DNA from: an uncultured Methanoregulaceae archaeon | Lineage (GTDB): Archaea > Halobacteriota > Methanomicrobia > Methanomicrobiales > Methanospirillaceae | NCBI GenBank assembly: GCA_963737635.1 | Contig: CAVTTL010000001.1 | Location: 832,001 to 896,000 of the forward strand | DNA length: 64,000 nt | Direction: 5' to 3' | In this document: positions 22,669 through 32,051 of the stretch, in pieces | Layout: each line of letters begins with the position of its first letter | Numbering within the stretch: position 1 is the stretch's first letter | Notes under the pieces: generated by a model | The model's input: only the letters and a program-made list of their open reading frames with translations | What the model was told of the DNA's origin: nothing | The model's database searches: none | Translations under genes and position numbers: made by a program

Positions 22669-23677
22669 GGCTCTGTAGAAATCCTCAATAATAGATTGGG
22701 ATAAAGATCGCGAGAATAAATTTCGAGATGTTGTAGAGGATCAATTTGATTTTGAGTTCTTTGATTTGTGCTTGGAATTTCCGAGCTTTTAGGGATTCCC
22801 CGAATTTTCTTTTCAAAACGGAGAATACGGTTTCGACCTTGTTTCTTTGATGGTACTGGGCTTGATCGAAGGACCCTGCGAGTTCTCGTCGATAGAATCC
22901 GGAGATTCGTTTCCGTTTTCTGGTTCTGACCGGGATAGGAGAATAAGATTTTAGGTCATCCCGGATCGAGCGGTGAATATCTTCCGAATCGTATCCTTTG
23001 TCGAGAACATAGATGTCAGACTTCCTCGTGCGGTGACATTGGACAAGGAGTTTTTCTGCCTGAGGAATGTCGTGGACCGGTTGCTGAGAGATCTTGAACC
23101 CGGTGACGATCTGCCGATCGGTATCGACGGAGATCGAGGTATTCAGGAATCGTTTTCGTGTTTTCCCGGTTCTCCAGGAATAATAGGAACTGGCGTAGGA
23201 GCTGGTAAAACCCGACGAATCAATCGCCGTGCACGTGATTTTCTCACCCCAATCGTAGAATAATTTTATGAGCCGGTTGAGTAACCGGGTGAACGTCGAA
23301 GATCGGATCCGCTGACAGAATTTATGGATCGTCGTGAAATGGGGTACTGTATCGAGATGGATTTTGTCCCGAAGAGAGTTCATGACCGCGGTAAGCTCTA
23401 CTGCAGACCGGTAATCTTTTGATAAGTATTCCTTCAGGAGAAGGAGACTGAGTAACTGGTGCTGAGTATAAGTCTTTTTGGAATATTTCGACGAGTAAAG
23501 GGGAATTATGGAATCTCGGATCAAGCCGGACGATAATTCAACAAACCTGATATACCGGTTTGCTGACATTATTGTGCCTCCTTCTTCGTTAGTAGCATAA
23601 CAAAGTAGGGGGGCACTGTACCTTAAATCTTTCGGTTGACGGTACAACCTATTTTAGAGAAGGATTTCTACAGAGCC
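22669..23677 (-). mobile_element. Intact IS5-family insertion sequence, 1009 bp
   Basis: Perfect 17-bp terminal inverted repeats GGCTCTGTAGAAATCCT (22669-22685 and 23661-23677); 8-bp direct repeat AAACTTTT (22661-22668 and 23678-23685). Confidence 0.93.
22685..23569 (-). CDS. IS5-family DDE transposase
   Basis: ATG at 23569 after GAAGGAGG; [26 protein letters not shown] and [19 protein letters not shown]; the stop codon overlaps the IR. Confidence 0.9.
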   Translation of the reverse strand: MSANRYIRFVELSSGLIRDSIIPLYSSKYSKKTYTQHQLLSLLLLKEYLSKDYRSAVELTAVMNSLRDKIHLDTVPHFTTIHKFCQRIRSSTFTRLLNRLIKLFYDWGEKITCTAIDSSGFTSSYASSYYSWRTGKTRKRFLNTSISVDTDRQIVTGFKISQQPVHDIPQAEKLLVQCHRTRKSDIYVLDKGYDSEDIHRSIRDDLKSYSPIPVRTRKRKRISGFYRRELAGSFDQAQYHQRNKVETVFSVLKRKFGESLKARKFQAQIKELKIKLILYNISKFILAIFIPIYY

Positions 23678-23755
23678 AAACTTTTTCTTCATCTTACAGC
23701 GTGGCTGAAGGAGAAATTTCCGTGCTGAGACCAATGATCTATTTCGGATGTTCCA

Positions 23756-23850
23756 AAAAGGGTGGACGATCCGATCGAGATAAACCGGAAGAGCCTGTTC
23801 CTGTCGTCACCACATCTTCGGAGATAACAATGGCATCCACCCTCTCCGGT
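23756..23850 (-). ncRNA. Candidate pseudoknotted RNA with SAH-riboswitch architecture, followed by a U5 tract
   Basis: ACCGGA-GAG/CUC-U-UCCGGU helix and GGUGGA/UCCACC pseudoknot helix, with UGC, CAGG and CG joiners at the positions expected for SAH riboswitches. Confidence 0.55.
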
Positions 23851-24078
23851 CAGAACTCCTTTTTTAGCTTTCCTTTCCATTTTTACATTATTCACAGTTA
23901 ACAATGTGTTATTTCAAAAAAAATCTAGTGCTGTCTGGAACTTTTGGGTTTTGCACCTAAACTATGTTCTGACGGTAGTAATCTATGAGATATATGAGAA
24001 TGGCGTCTCACCGGACTTCCTAAGCAAACCTACGATAAATGGAATGGCAACAAAATAATTTTTATAGATCTGTTCTTA

Positions 24079-24258
24079 TCATGGAAATAGAAAGAATTTT
24101 GCAATCTCCGAGATAATTTCATTTGAATAGAACTTTACTGCAACAATCACTGTTGCGTAAGCAAGAAGGCACATTGCCAAAAAAATCCCTCGAAAGAATA
24201 CGAATAACAATATGAGAAAAACGATTAAAATTAAAAGTGTTTTCGTGCGGCTATTCAT
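24079..24258 (-). CDS. Putative 59-aa small membrane protein (below the ORF track cutoff)
   Basis: MNSRTKTLLILIVFLILLFVFFRGIFLAMCLLAYATVIVAVKFYSNEIISEIAKFFLFP: basic N-terminus and two hydrophobic stretches. Confidence 0.4.
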   Translation of the reverse strand: MNSRTKTLLILIVFLILLFVFFRGIFLAMCLLAYATVIVAVKFYSNEIISEIAKFFLFP

Positions 24259-24453
24259 TGAAGTTCAGATGATAATTTTCTCCGAGTTGCCATCAATCTA
24301 TCCTAATGTTGTATTCTGCACTTAATGTATAGTCAAAGGCGACTTTAGGTGCAAAGCTGAACTTTTGCAAACCTTTAAGATTTGCTGCATCGCGACGAAA
24401 ATAGGGATTTTCAGAGTCTGTCTAAGCCACAAAAAATGATGTCAATATGAATA

Positions 24454-25023
24454 CTAAAACTCGATTTTCGGAGGAGTCTTGATCTCTTCTTCGAACTGGA
24501 GGTATTCAAGTTTTGACAGGTGGGTCATGTGGCCGACGAATTTTGAAGGAATTGTATCCATCATCGTATTGAATTCCTGAGATATATTGTTGTACGTGTA
24601 TCTCTGGCGGGCTATCTCATCCTCAAGACTTTTTACCGAGTCCATGAGCGAGGTGACGGTCTGTGAGGTCTTTAATTCCGGGTAGTTTTCAGCAACGGCA
24701 AGGAGGCGGCCGAAGATAGACCGCGACTCTGCTTCGACTTTGTTTAAGTCCCCCGGCCCGGCGGTTGCGACACTTGCCCGCATTGCGGTGACCTTGGTCA
24801 ACGTCTCCTGCTCAAACTTTGCGTAGCTCTTTACCGCTCCGAGCAGCTGGTCGATCATGTCCAGACGCTTCTTCATAGCAACCCGGATCTGACCAAGAGT
24901 CGCTTCTGAAGAGTTTTTCAGGGAATAGAAGCGATTGTAGATTCCAATGACCCAGAAGACGAGGACAATGATGACGACTGCGATGACAGCAAGAACGATC
25001 CAGCCAACGAAATCTCCAAGCAT
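24454..25023 (-). CDS. lemA: LemA family protein
   Basis: N-terminal TM helix, YNRF, KKRLDMI..L, YAKFEQETL, AVAENYPELK and RYTYN. Confidence 0.92.
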   Translation of the reverse strand: MLGDFVGWIVLAVIAVVIIVLVFWVIGIYNRFYSLKNSSEATLGQIRVAMKKRLDMIDQLLGAVKSYAKFEQETLTKVTAMRASVATAGPGDLNKVEAESRSIFGRLLAVAENYPELKTSQTVTSLMDSVKSLEDEIARQRYTYNNISQEFNTMMDTIPSKFVGHMTHLSKLEYLQFEEEIKTPPKIEF

Positions 25024-25118
25024 GTGTTATCAGTACACTGATGCATTCGGTACCACATAATACGTGGGGTAAGCCGACAACACAGACGGCAAAGGAAAGA
25101 TCAAAACTATCGGCGGCG

Positions 25119-26090
25119 TCATTGGAGGGTCATGGTTCCCACGACTCTGAGTTTGCCGCCTTCAAGGTAATGCAGCACCAGCCGGGCACCAGGAGGGTAA
25201 ACAAGCTCCTTTTCGAGGGTAACGGTGAGTTCAGGCATTCTCCAGTCCCCTTGCGCCGATACATGAGTGAGGCGGGAGGGTAAAAACTGCATCCAGTGGC
25301 CGAGGTAAATTACCATGTCTTCTTTTAAGGGGGACGGCCAGTATTTTACCAGCTGTGCTTTTCCCGTGAGAGTCGTCGAACATTTAATCGCTGGATCGTT
25401 AGTAAGGACATAGCCGCGGTCGAGGTCTTCGGTTTCGACCCCCTTGAGGGCCAGACCGACCCGGTCGCCGGTAACCGCGATTTCAGCATCATCCTCGTGT
25501 TTCTGGATGGAGCGTACCTGGGCGGTTTTTGCAGTCGGTAGCAGCTTCAGAGAATCGTGTTTTCTGATAATACCATGAGCAACACACCCCAGAATAACGA
25601 CGCCAACTCCCTTGACATTAAAATGATGATCGATAGGGACAGATCCCATGCCGCTCCCCTCCTTTACTTTCTGGTGGGCCGAAATTTTCACTGCCGCCTC
25701 AAGCAGCTTCTCCCGTAAGCCGATCGGATCACTTTCAATGACCTCGTAGTGTTCGAGGACCGTGCCTTTGATGAGCGGGGCAATCTGGTCCAGCGTCAGG
25801 TAATTCCTGAAGATGATATACCCGTTCGCTTTTCCGGCACATTGAAGCATGAGGACGGTCTCTCCGAATGCTGCCGTGATTTCATCGACAACCAAAACCA
25901 CGCGATCGGCCAGAGAGATCGCGTAGAAGAGCGATGATAATTTTTCAGGATATCGCGTGGGTTCTATGAAGGTAACTGTTGATTCGCCTTTCTTGAGGTT
26001 GTAAAAGGTGATATCGCTTGTCGTTCCCTTCTTTCCCAATTCGTCCGCATAGCCGTTTGGGGCCAAAACAGCGACGGTAATATTGGACAT
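25119..26090 (-). CDS. SelB-like/EF-Tu domain II protein with degenerate G domain
   Basis: LGKKGTTSDIT, IDHHFNVKGVGVVILG, VRSIQKH and GDRVGLALKG; no canonical P-loop. Confidence 0.8.
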   Translation of the reverse strand: MSNITVAVLAPNGYADELGKKGTTSDITFYNLKKGESTVTFIEPTRYPEKLSSLFYAISLADRVVLVVDEITAAFGETVLMLQCAGKANGYIIFRNYLTLDQIAPLIKGTVLEHYEVIESDPIGLREKLLEAAVKISAHQKVKEGSGMGSVPIDHHFNVKGVGVVILGCVAHGIIRKHDSLKLLPTAKTAQVRSIQKHEDDAEIAVTGDRVGLALKGVETEDLDRGYVLTNDPAIKCSTTLTGKAQLVKYWPSPLKEDMVIYLGHWMQFLPSRLTHVSAQGDWRMPELTVTLEKELVYPPGARLVLHYLEGGKLRVVGTMTLQ

Positions 26091-26208
26091 GGTAATATGT
26101 ACTTCGCGTTATGACGGTATTAGAGTTTAGGTACGGGAAAAACCGGGATTGTCCGGCGTAAGGGAGTTTGTCTGGTTATCCTTAAAGCAGGCACGAATCC
26201 GGAATTTT

Positions 26209-27603
26209 TTAAGTTTTCTTCACCCACTTCTCCCGCACATGATCAACAAGCATCCGTAGGTGGGATCCGGTTGGTCTGACCGCCAGATACATGAGAATGA
26301 GATATCCTACTATATCCAGGGTAAAAAGTGCCAGGGCAAGGTACCATCCGAAAGTGCCGGCATTACTGATATAATTTCCATTGACATACAGGCCCCCGAA
26401 TACTAAGGGATATTCAATATAGGTAATTGCCTGCGTCACGTAAAAGAGAATAATTCCGTACAGGGAATCTGCCACAAGGAGGCAGACAAAGGGGGTAAAC
26501 CAGACGATATACTGAGGGCTGTGGTACTCCATGCAAAAAACCACAATAAAGATCGATGCCGCCAGAAGTTTTATCAGAAAACGTATATCCTTTTTTGGTT
26601 CGATATAAGCGATAATGAGCAGGAAGAGCAGCAAAAGCCCCATGAGCACATACATCAGAGTAGAGACCGCCGTAACGGAAATCCCCAGATTCAGAATGTC
26701 ATGAAGGTAGACATAGAGCGTATACGTTGCGGTATTCACATAGACATCGGACCGGATAAGATTCCCGGAAAAATAGGAGAGTAAGACGTCTGGTTTTAAG
26801 ATCAGAACCGGAACAAGGAGAATAACTGCTATCGGCAACCCGATTTTTAAGATGCTTACGATCTCCTGTCTGAGCGATGTCGACTTTGCATTATAGAGGG
26901 CCAAAAACGGGAGTGCAATAACAGGAAAAATTTTTGCAAGAAAACCGGCAACAATGGCAATATATCCCCGTATACTTTTGTTATAGACGCTAAAGAGCAC
27001 TCCAAGCATCAGAATGCTCGTCGGAAATGCATCGTATTTTGTAACGACGAAATACCCAACTGAAAACGCAGTCGCATAGAGAAGGGCTGCAACAAATGCG
27101 GTCTTTTCATTATGAAGTTTCAACCCGATGAGGTAGATGCATACAACAGTGATGATATCGCATATCACCATCAGAACCTGAAAAGAGAACGTAAATGCAT
27201 CGCTACTATTGAATACGTATGCAGGAATGAAAGCTAAGAAAATGGGAATAAATACAAGAGGCGGATAATCAAAACTGAAGTCCGCATAGGGCATATGGCC
27301 CTGCATTATGTTGAGTGCACTTTGGAGATAATACTGGAAATCAAAAGAGTCATAGTAACTGGCATGAAAAGCGTCATTATACATACTAAAAATGGACATT
27401 GTTGCAACGATTATGACCAATTTTGCGACTATGGCAATAAGTACAAGAGTAAGAATGTGGCGTTTTACCAGTGCAGCATCAATGCCTTCGCATGAAATAC
27501 CGAAAATGGAGAATCCGGATCTTTTCTTTTTTCCTTTCATGCCTGATGAATTATCTGCCGTATTCTGGCCCGGAATCGGAATCTGATTTTTTTTCCTACT
27601 CAT
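26209..27603 (-). CDS. Polytopic GT-C (GT87-like) glycosyltransferase
   Basis: Many TM helices; DFQYY..PY.DFSFDYPPL, TKYDAFP, AKIFP and SPQYIVWFTP. Confidence 0.72.
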   Translation of the reverse strand: MSRKKNQIPIPGQNTADNSSGMKGKKKRSGFSIFGISCEGIDAALVKRHILTLVLIAIVAKLVIIVATMSIFSMYNDAFHASYYDSFDFQYYLQSALNIMQGHMPYADFSFDYPPLVFIPIFLAFIPAYVFNSSDAFTFSFQVLMVICDIITVVCIYLIGLKLHNEKTAFVAALLYATAFSVGYFVVTKYDAFPTSILMLGVLFSVYNKSIRGYIAIVAGFLAKIFPVIALPFLALYNAKSTSLRQEIVSILKIGLPIAVILLVPVLILKPDVLLSYFSGNLIRSDVYVNTATYTLYVYLHDILNLGISVTAVSTLMYVLMGLLLLFLLIIAYIEPKKDIRFLIKLLAASIFIVVFCMEYHSPQYIVWFTPFVCLLVADSLYGIILFYVTQAITYIEYPLVFGGLYVNGNYISNAGTFGWYLALALFTLDIVGYLILMYLAVRPTGSHLRMLVDHVREKWVKKT

Positions 27604-27782
27604 GATTCTCACTCAACGATGGCTAATCGGTGCCGGAATGGAAAATATAATCGTGCGTCGGCTATTGTACTGATATTGTATTCCCCATAATAATAATTCG
27701 GCTCTTTAGTTAGTTAGAGTCATGATCGCAGTCAGACCAGGTAGCGCAACCAATATGGGAACGATGTAGAACAAGTGTCTTT

Positions 27783-28905
27783 TCACAATTTGTCTCTTGA
27801 TGAAATCGAATACGTCACCCGCCTGTTCACCAAGAAATTCCATGCAAATGCCACAAGGATTCCTAGAAGGTTTGCGATCCGGTAATCAACGCCGGCGAAT
27901 ATGGCAAGAGCGTTGAGAATGAAATAATTGATGGCTGCTCCGCCAATTGAGACGGCCTGGAAAGAGAAAAAGCGCTGCCACCAATGTGGGAGGGCGTGTT
28001 GCTTGCTCGTTTTAAATGTCCAGGAATCGTTCAAGATAAAATTGCTTATGATGGAGAGTTCAATTGCGGGGACAGGTGCAAACCACAAAGAGAGATTAAT
28101 GTATCCTTTGAGATAAATGAGGACACCCTCATTTACGATAATACCCGTAAGTCCAACAACGCCGAACTTAAAAAGTTTTACCCATTCCTGCCAGACGATA
28201 CTATCACGGTGGTTCCAGGAAAATCGTGCATTGTCGATTACCTGCCCAGCATATTCGAGGATTACCCGCCCTCCAAGCTTGCTTGAACCGGTTGCACGGT
28301 CAACGAACTCAAAGGGGATCTCCTTTACCTTGCGCCAAGTGCCCTTGCCTAACACTTCGAGCAGGATTTTGTAGCCACGTGGTCTGAGAGGGGCATGTTC
28401 CACAACACTTCTTTTTACTGCAAAAAAACCACTTACAGGATCGCGGATTTCCGGAAAGAGGAGCCTGCCAAGGAACGTTGCACCCATCGAAATAATGCGC
28501 CGTTTGAGCGGCCATTTTTTTATTCCACCGCCTTCCATATACCGGCATCCGATGACGATATCATTACCGGCGCGGACCCCATCCAGCATCACCGGGATAA
28601 GCGCCGGTGGATGGGAGAGATCGGCATCCATAACAAGGAAGATATCCGACTGGGCTTTGTGGAATCCTTCAACAACTGACTGGGATAACCCCGGATCCTC
28701 TTTTCTGACAACAAGACTGAGATTGGGATGTGTATTTTGTAATTCTCTGATAATTTCTATGGTCCTGTCAGGAGAATTATCATCTACAACGAGGATCTCC
28801 CCGTTGATCGCGTTCCGGGAAAAAATCGTGGCGACCTCCCCGATTATTGTACCTACATTAGACTCTTCCTTGAAAGTGGGAATAATTACGGTCAGGTCTG
28901 TACAT
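27783..28905 (-). CDS. Polyprenol-phosphate mannosyltransferase (GT2) fused to a GtrA domain; apparent frameshift near 28899
   Basis: Reconstructed MYDLTVIIPTFKEE, VVDDNSPD, MDADLSHPP, DPVSGFF and GYKILLE; C-terminal KFGVVG..NFILNDSWTF GtrA. Confidence 0.85.
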
Positions 28906-28924
28906 CAGGGAACACCGGTAAAAA

Positions 28925-30458
28925 TCAGGGTTTTGTGAAAAGATAAATGGAATTTGTCACATCTGTACCGGCATAATGGGTGTTATTCTTGAGCCATGCC
29001 ACAGCGTCACCGTTCGGATCCGCCGCGCTAATGTCTCCTGTAACGACAAAATATATCGTGCTGCTGCCACTCCCTGACGAGATCTTTTCCAGATCCCCAG
29101 CCGTCGTTGCCCCGTACTCTTTGGTCTGTGTTTTTGTTGACGAGTAGTAATAATCAAGAGGCTGGGAAATATACCCGGGAACAGAGACAACAATATCCCC
29201 CGGCATGGTCTTCTGCTGAAGTTCGGCGGCAAAACCTCTCCAGTCTTCTTTTGAATATCCCGTGTAATATCCGGTAAGAACAGGAGCGCTCAAAACAAAA
29301 AGAACAATAATAAACCCATAAACAACGGCCTTGCTATTCCAAAGGGAGTAAAAGATCTGGTAGGATACTGCAACACCAATGAAAAAGATGATAGTCAGAA
29401 ATATGAGGTACCGGGGAAGCATCGGTATTTTAAACGAGAGAATGTAGCTGATAACAAAGGTGAGAACCGTAATCAGCACAAGGAATACCCCTTTGTTTCT
29501 CTCTATACGAAATGCCTGAACAATCCCGATTGCAAAGAGTGCTACAAGCAGATACATTGCAATATCGTTCATGCCAGTCTACTTGGTTGAAGGTTTCCAG
29601 AATGATCCCCACCCCTTGGATCCCGTAGGTGGGTGCCGATGATGTCCGGAGTACGAAAAGCTGGAGGGTGACAATAATGAGGGGAAGTGACAGGACCACA
29701 AAAACAACAACACCCGCAACCAGCATCTTGAGGTTAGCAAGTTCGGTCCGGATCTGGGGGGCCCACTCGATGAGCGCATAGAATACAAGCGCAGCGATCA
29801 TCACGAACGCATAGAAGTGCGCCCAGAATGCCAGCGCAGAGAAAACGCCAAAGAGAATCCAGTAGGTCAGGTCGCCGGACTTCATGGCCTTAAGGAAAAA
29901 GATCGTCGCAATAGCGACAAAAAAGAGCATCATCATATACGCCCGTGCTTCCTGCGAGTAATAGATCAGGAACGGTGAAACGGTACATGCCGTAGCGGCG
30001 ATGATACCCGCGTTCCTGTCGAGAAATTCCTTTCCAATCAAATAAAACAGAGGAATTGCAAGGACACCGAGCAGGGCCGGGATGAACCGAAGGATAATTT
30101 CGTTATTCCCGAACATGAGCATAATATGCTCAGCCCAGTAAAAGAGCGGCGGGTTAAACTCACCATTAGCAGTTACCTGCCAGATGTCAGCAAAAGATTT
30201 TACCGAGATCGAATAGGTGGTGGCTTCATCAAGCCAGAGGGAGTTGTACCCGAGATTGTAGAACCGGAGAAAAATGCCGATGATGGTGAGAATGATGAGG
30301 GTCTGGATGTACCGGCTCCCGGCAACAAGCGATTGTATATTTTTGAGGGAAATATCCCGGAACGTTTTGATGGGAGACACATAACTTGTGTCAAGATCGC
30401 ACTTACCGATCAAGCCCTGTCTTTTTGCCGGTTCCCGCCCCTCTTTTTTCTTCGCCAT
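28925..30458 (-). CDS. GT-C (PMT_2/GT39-like) membrane glycosyltransferase; apparent frameshift near 29582
   Basis: LRFYNLGYNSLWLDEA, NPPLFY, LRFIPAL, YYSQEARAY; second frame PRYLIF and KEDWR. Confidence 0.8.
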
Positions 30459-30561
30459 CGCACTCACTAACTATTTGTCTGGATTCAGATATAACTTGCC
30501 TGTCTTCTCTCGATAAAAGCCCGCGACCTCCGCTCCATGAAAATGAAAGAACACCAGGAGA

Positions 30562-31434
30562 TTATGTGGATTTTTGTTCCGACTGCGGTGAACCGGCAGG
30601 AAGAGCTTCCAATGCAGTCAGTAATGCGTTTTTATCGGTCACCACTCGTGCAGCATTTTCAATCATAAGGTTCACCCGTTCATGGCTTCCCGCCATCCTG
30701 AAGTCGGTCCTGAGGGCAATCACCGTTTTCCTGAGTCCGGCGGCATAACCCATCTCCCATGCGGTTCCCGAATCTGCATCTGCCCCATCAATAATGGCAA
30801 CGACGATATCTGCTTCTTTGATCGCCCTTTTGTTGCGGCGATAAATCTGCGCATGCTCCTTTTTGTCCCTTACTGCTTGATTGTCCCCTGCGTCCTGGGG
30901 GAGATATACCTCATAATAATGTGACTTGAGAAGATCTGCAATGGCAGTATTATACGTGCGCTCAGATTCAGAAAAAAGGGGGGCGGCAAGATAGATCCGG
31001 TATCTCGAGAATTCAAAGACGTCCTGTGCCGGGATATCTGGAAATTTCGCGTAAAAGACGCCCCTGCCGGATCTTTTGGCCGGGGCATCGCCTTCTGCTC
31101 CATAATAGGTGCTGGTCACACCGCAGGTCGGCGACGAATTCACCCCGAGGATACAGAGAGGAGGGCCCCGTTCTTCAATGATCGTGTTTACCTGCTGAGA
31201 CAGTTCTTCAAGAAGCTGGGTAAATTCCGGGGTGTTCAAGCGTTCCAGGAATGTACCGGGCTGCCGATCTTTCCCAAGATACAGGGTTTCCGGGCAAGGA
31301 AGAGGCACGAAGTCGATCCCGAACTTCTTACAGCGCCCTATTGAACGCGCAAACACGGCGATATCCGAGGGATGCGTAATGCCCTTTGCACGGAGTGCCG
31401 GGGACAAAATGCAGGGCGAACAGAGAACGTACAT
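30562..31434 (-). CDS. DUF523 (TudS-like) Fe-S domain fused to nucleoside 2-deoxyribosyltransferase domain
   Basis: SPCIL, PLPCPE and GVNSSPTCG in the N-half; IYLAAPLFS, YLPQ and DGADADSGTAWEMGYA in the C-half. Confidence 0.78.
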   Translation of the reverse strand: MYVLCSPCILSPALRAKGITHPSDIAVFARSIGRCKKFGIDFVPLPCPETLYLGKDRQPGTFLERLNTPEFTQLLEELSQQVNTIIEERGPPLCILGVNSSPTCGVTSTYYGAEGDAPAKRSGRGVFYAKFPDIPAQDVFEFSRYRIYLAAPLFSESERTYNTAIADLLKSHYYEVYLPQDAGDNQAVRDKKEHAQIYRRNKRAIKEADIVVAIIDGADADSGTAWEMGYAAGLRKTVIALRTDFRMAGSHERVNLMIENAARVVTDKNALLTALEALPAGSPQSEQKST

Positions 31435-31465
31435 TGATAGGAGTTGTGGACGCACTGAATAATCA

Positions 31466-31957
31466 ATGATTCCGCTCGTCGCCTACCGGGATAATAGCTG
31501 CGACCCCCGCAAGTGCACAGTAAAAAAACTTGAGCGGGCCGGCCTTGTAAGGATTGTTAAAAAAATTTCCCAGATCCCAAGAAACACCCTGTTACTCGAC
31601 CCTACTGCCGAGCAGGCGCTCTCACCAGCAGACAAATTCGTAAAATCCATAACTGCTCTTGACTGCTCCTGGGAAGTGCTTGACACCGGATCGGTCAGTT
31701 CCTGGAGGATTCGGCGGGCTCTGCCCTTTCTTATGGCAGCAAACCCGGTCAATTTCGGCAGGCCTTGCAAGCTGACATCGGTCGAAGCTCTCGCCGCGTC
31801 CCTTTACATCCTTGGTGAATCGGAGCAGGCGACCAAGCTTCTTGGGTGCGTCAGCTGGGGCAAACGGTTTTTCGAGGTTAACAAGGAGCCGCTGGAGCTG
31901 TACGTGACGGCAAAAGACAGCGCTGAGATTGTGAAGTTCCAAGCGCTATTTTTATGA
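31466..31957 (+). CDS. tsr3: 16S rRNA aminocarboxypropyltransferase Tsr3 (DUF367)
   Basis: CDPRKCTVKKL, LSPAD, LDCSW and RALPFLMAANPVNFG..LTSVEA. Confidence 0.93.
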   Translation: MIPLVAYRDNSCDPRKCTVKKLERAGLVRIVKKISQIPRNTLLLDPTAEQALSPADKFVKSITALDCSWEVLDTGSVSSWRIRRALPFLMAANPVNFGRPCKLTSVEALAASLYILGESEQATKLLGCVSWGKRFFEVNKEPLELYVTAKDSAEIVKFQALFL

Positions 31958-32051
31958 TGATGCCCGTTGGCCTTGAGAATGTATGGGACTTCCAGTCTTC
32001 CCAGCTCTATCAGGCAATCTTTATCTCATTTCGTTCCTACAGTTCCATCAT

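Noticed and set aside
23761-23850. HDV-like or other self-cleaving ribozyme
   Set aside because: It lacks the short P3/L3, P1.1 and P4-J4/2 arrangement; the junction sequences fit the SAH layout instead.
23689-23904. Short ORFs on both strands overlapping the riboswitch-like element
   Set aside because: They have no recognisable motif or composition; the base-pairing pattern explains the region better.
25119-26090. True selenocysteine elongation factor SelB
   Set aside because: GTPase motifs and domain IV are missing, and I saw no Sec-type in-frame UGA in this window.
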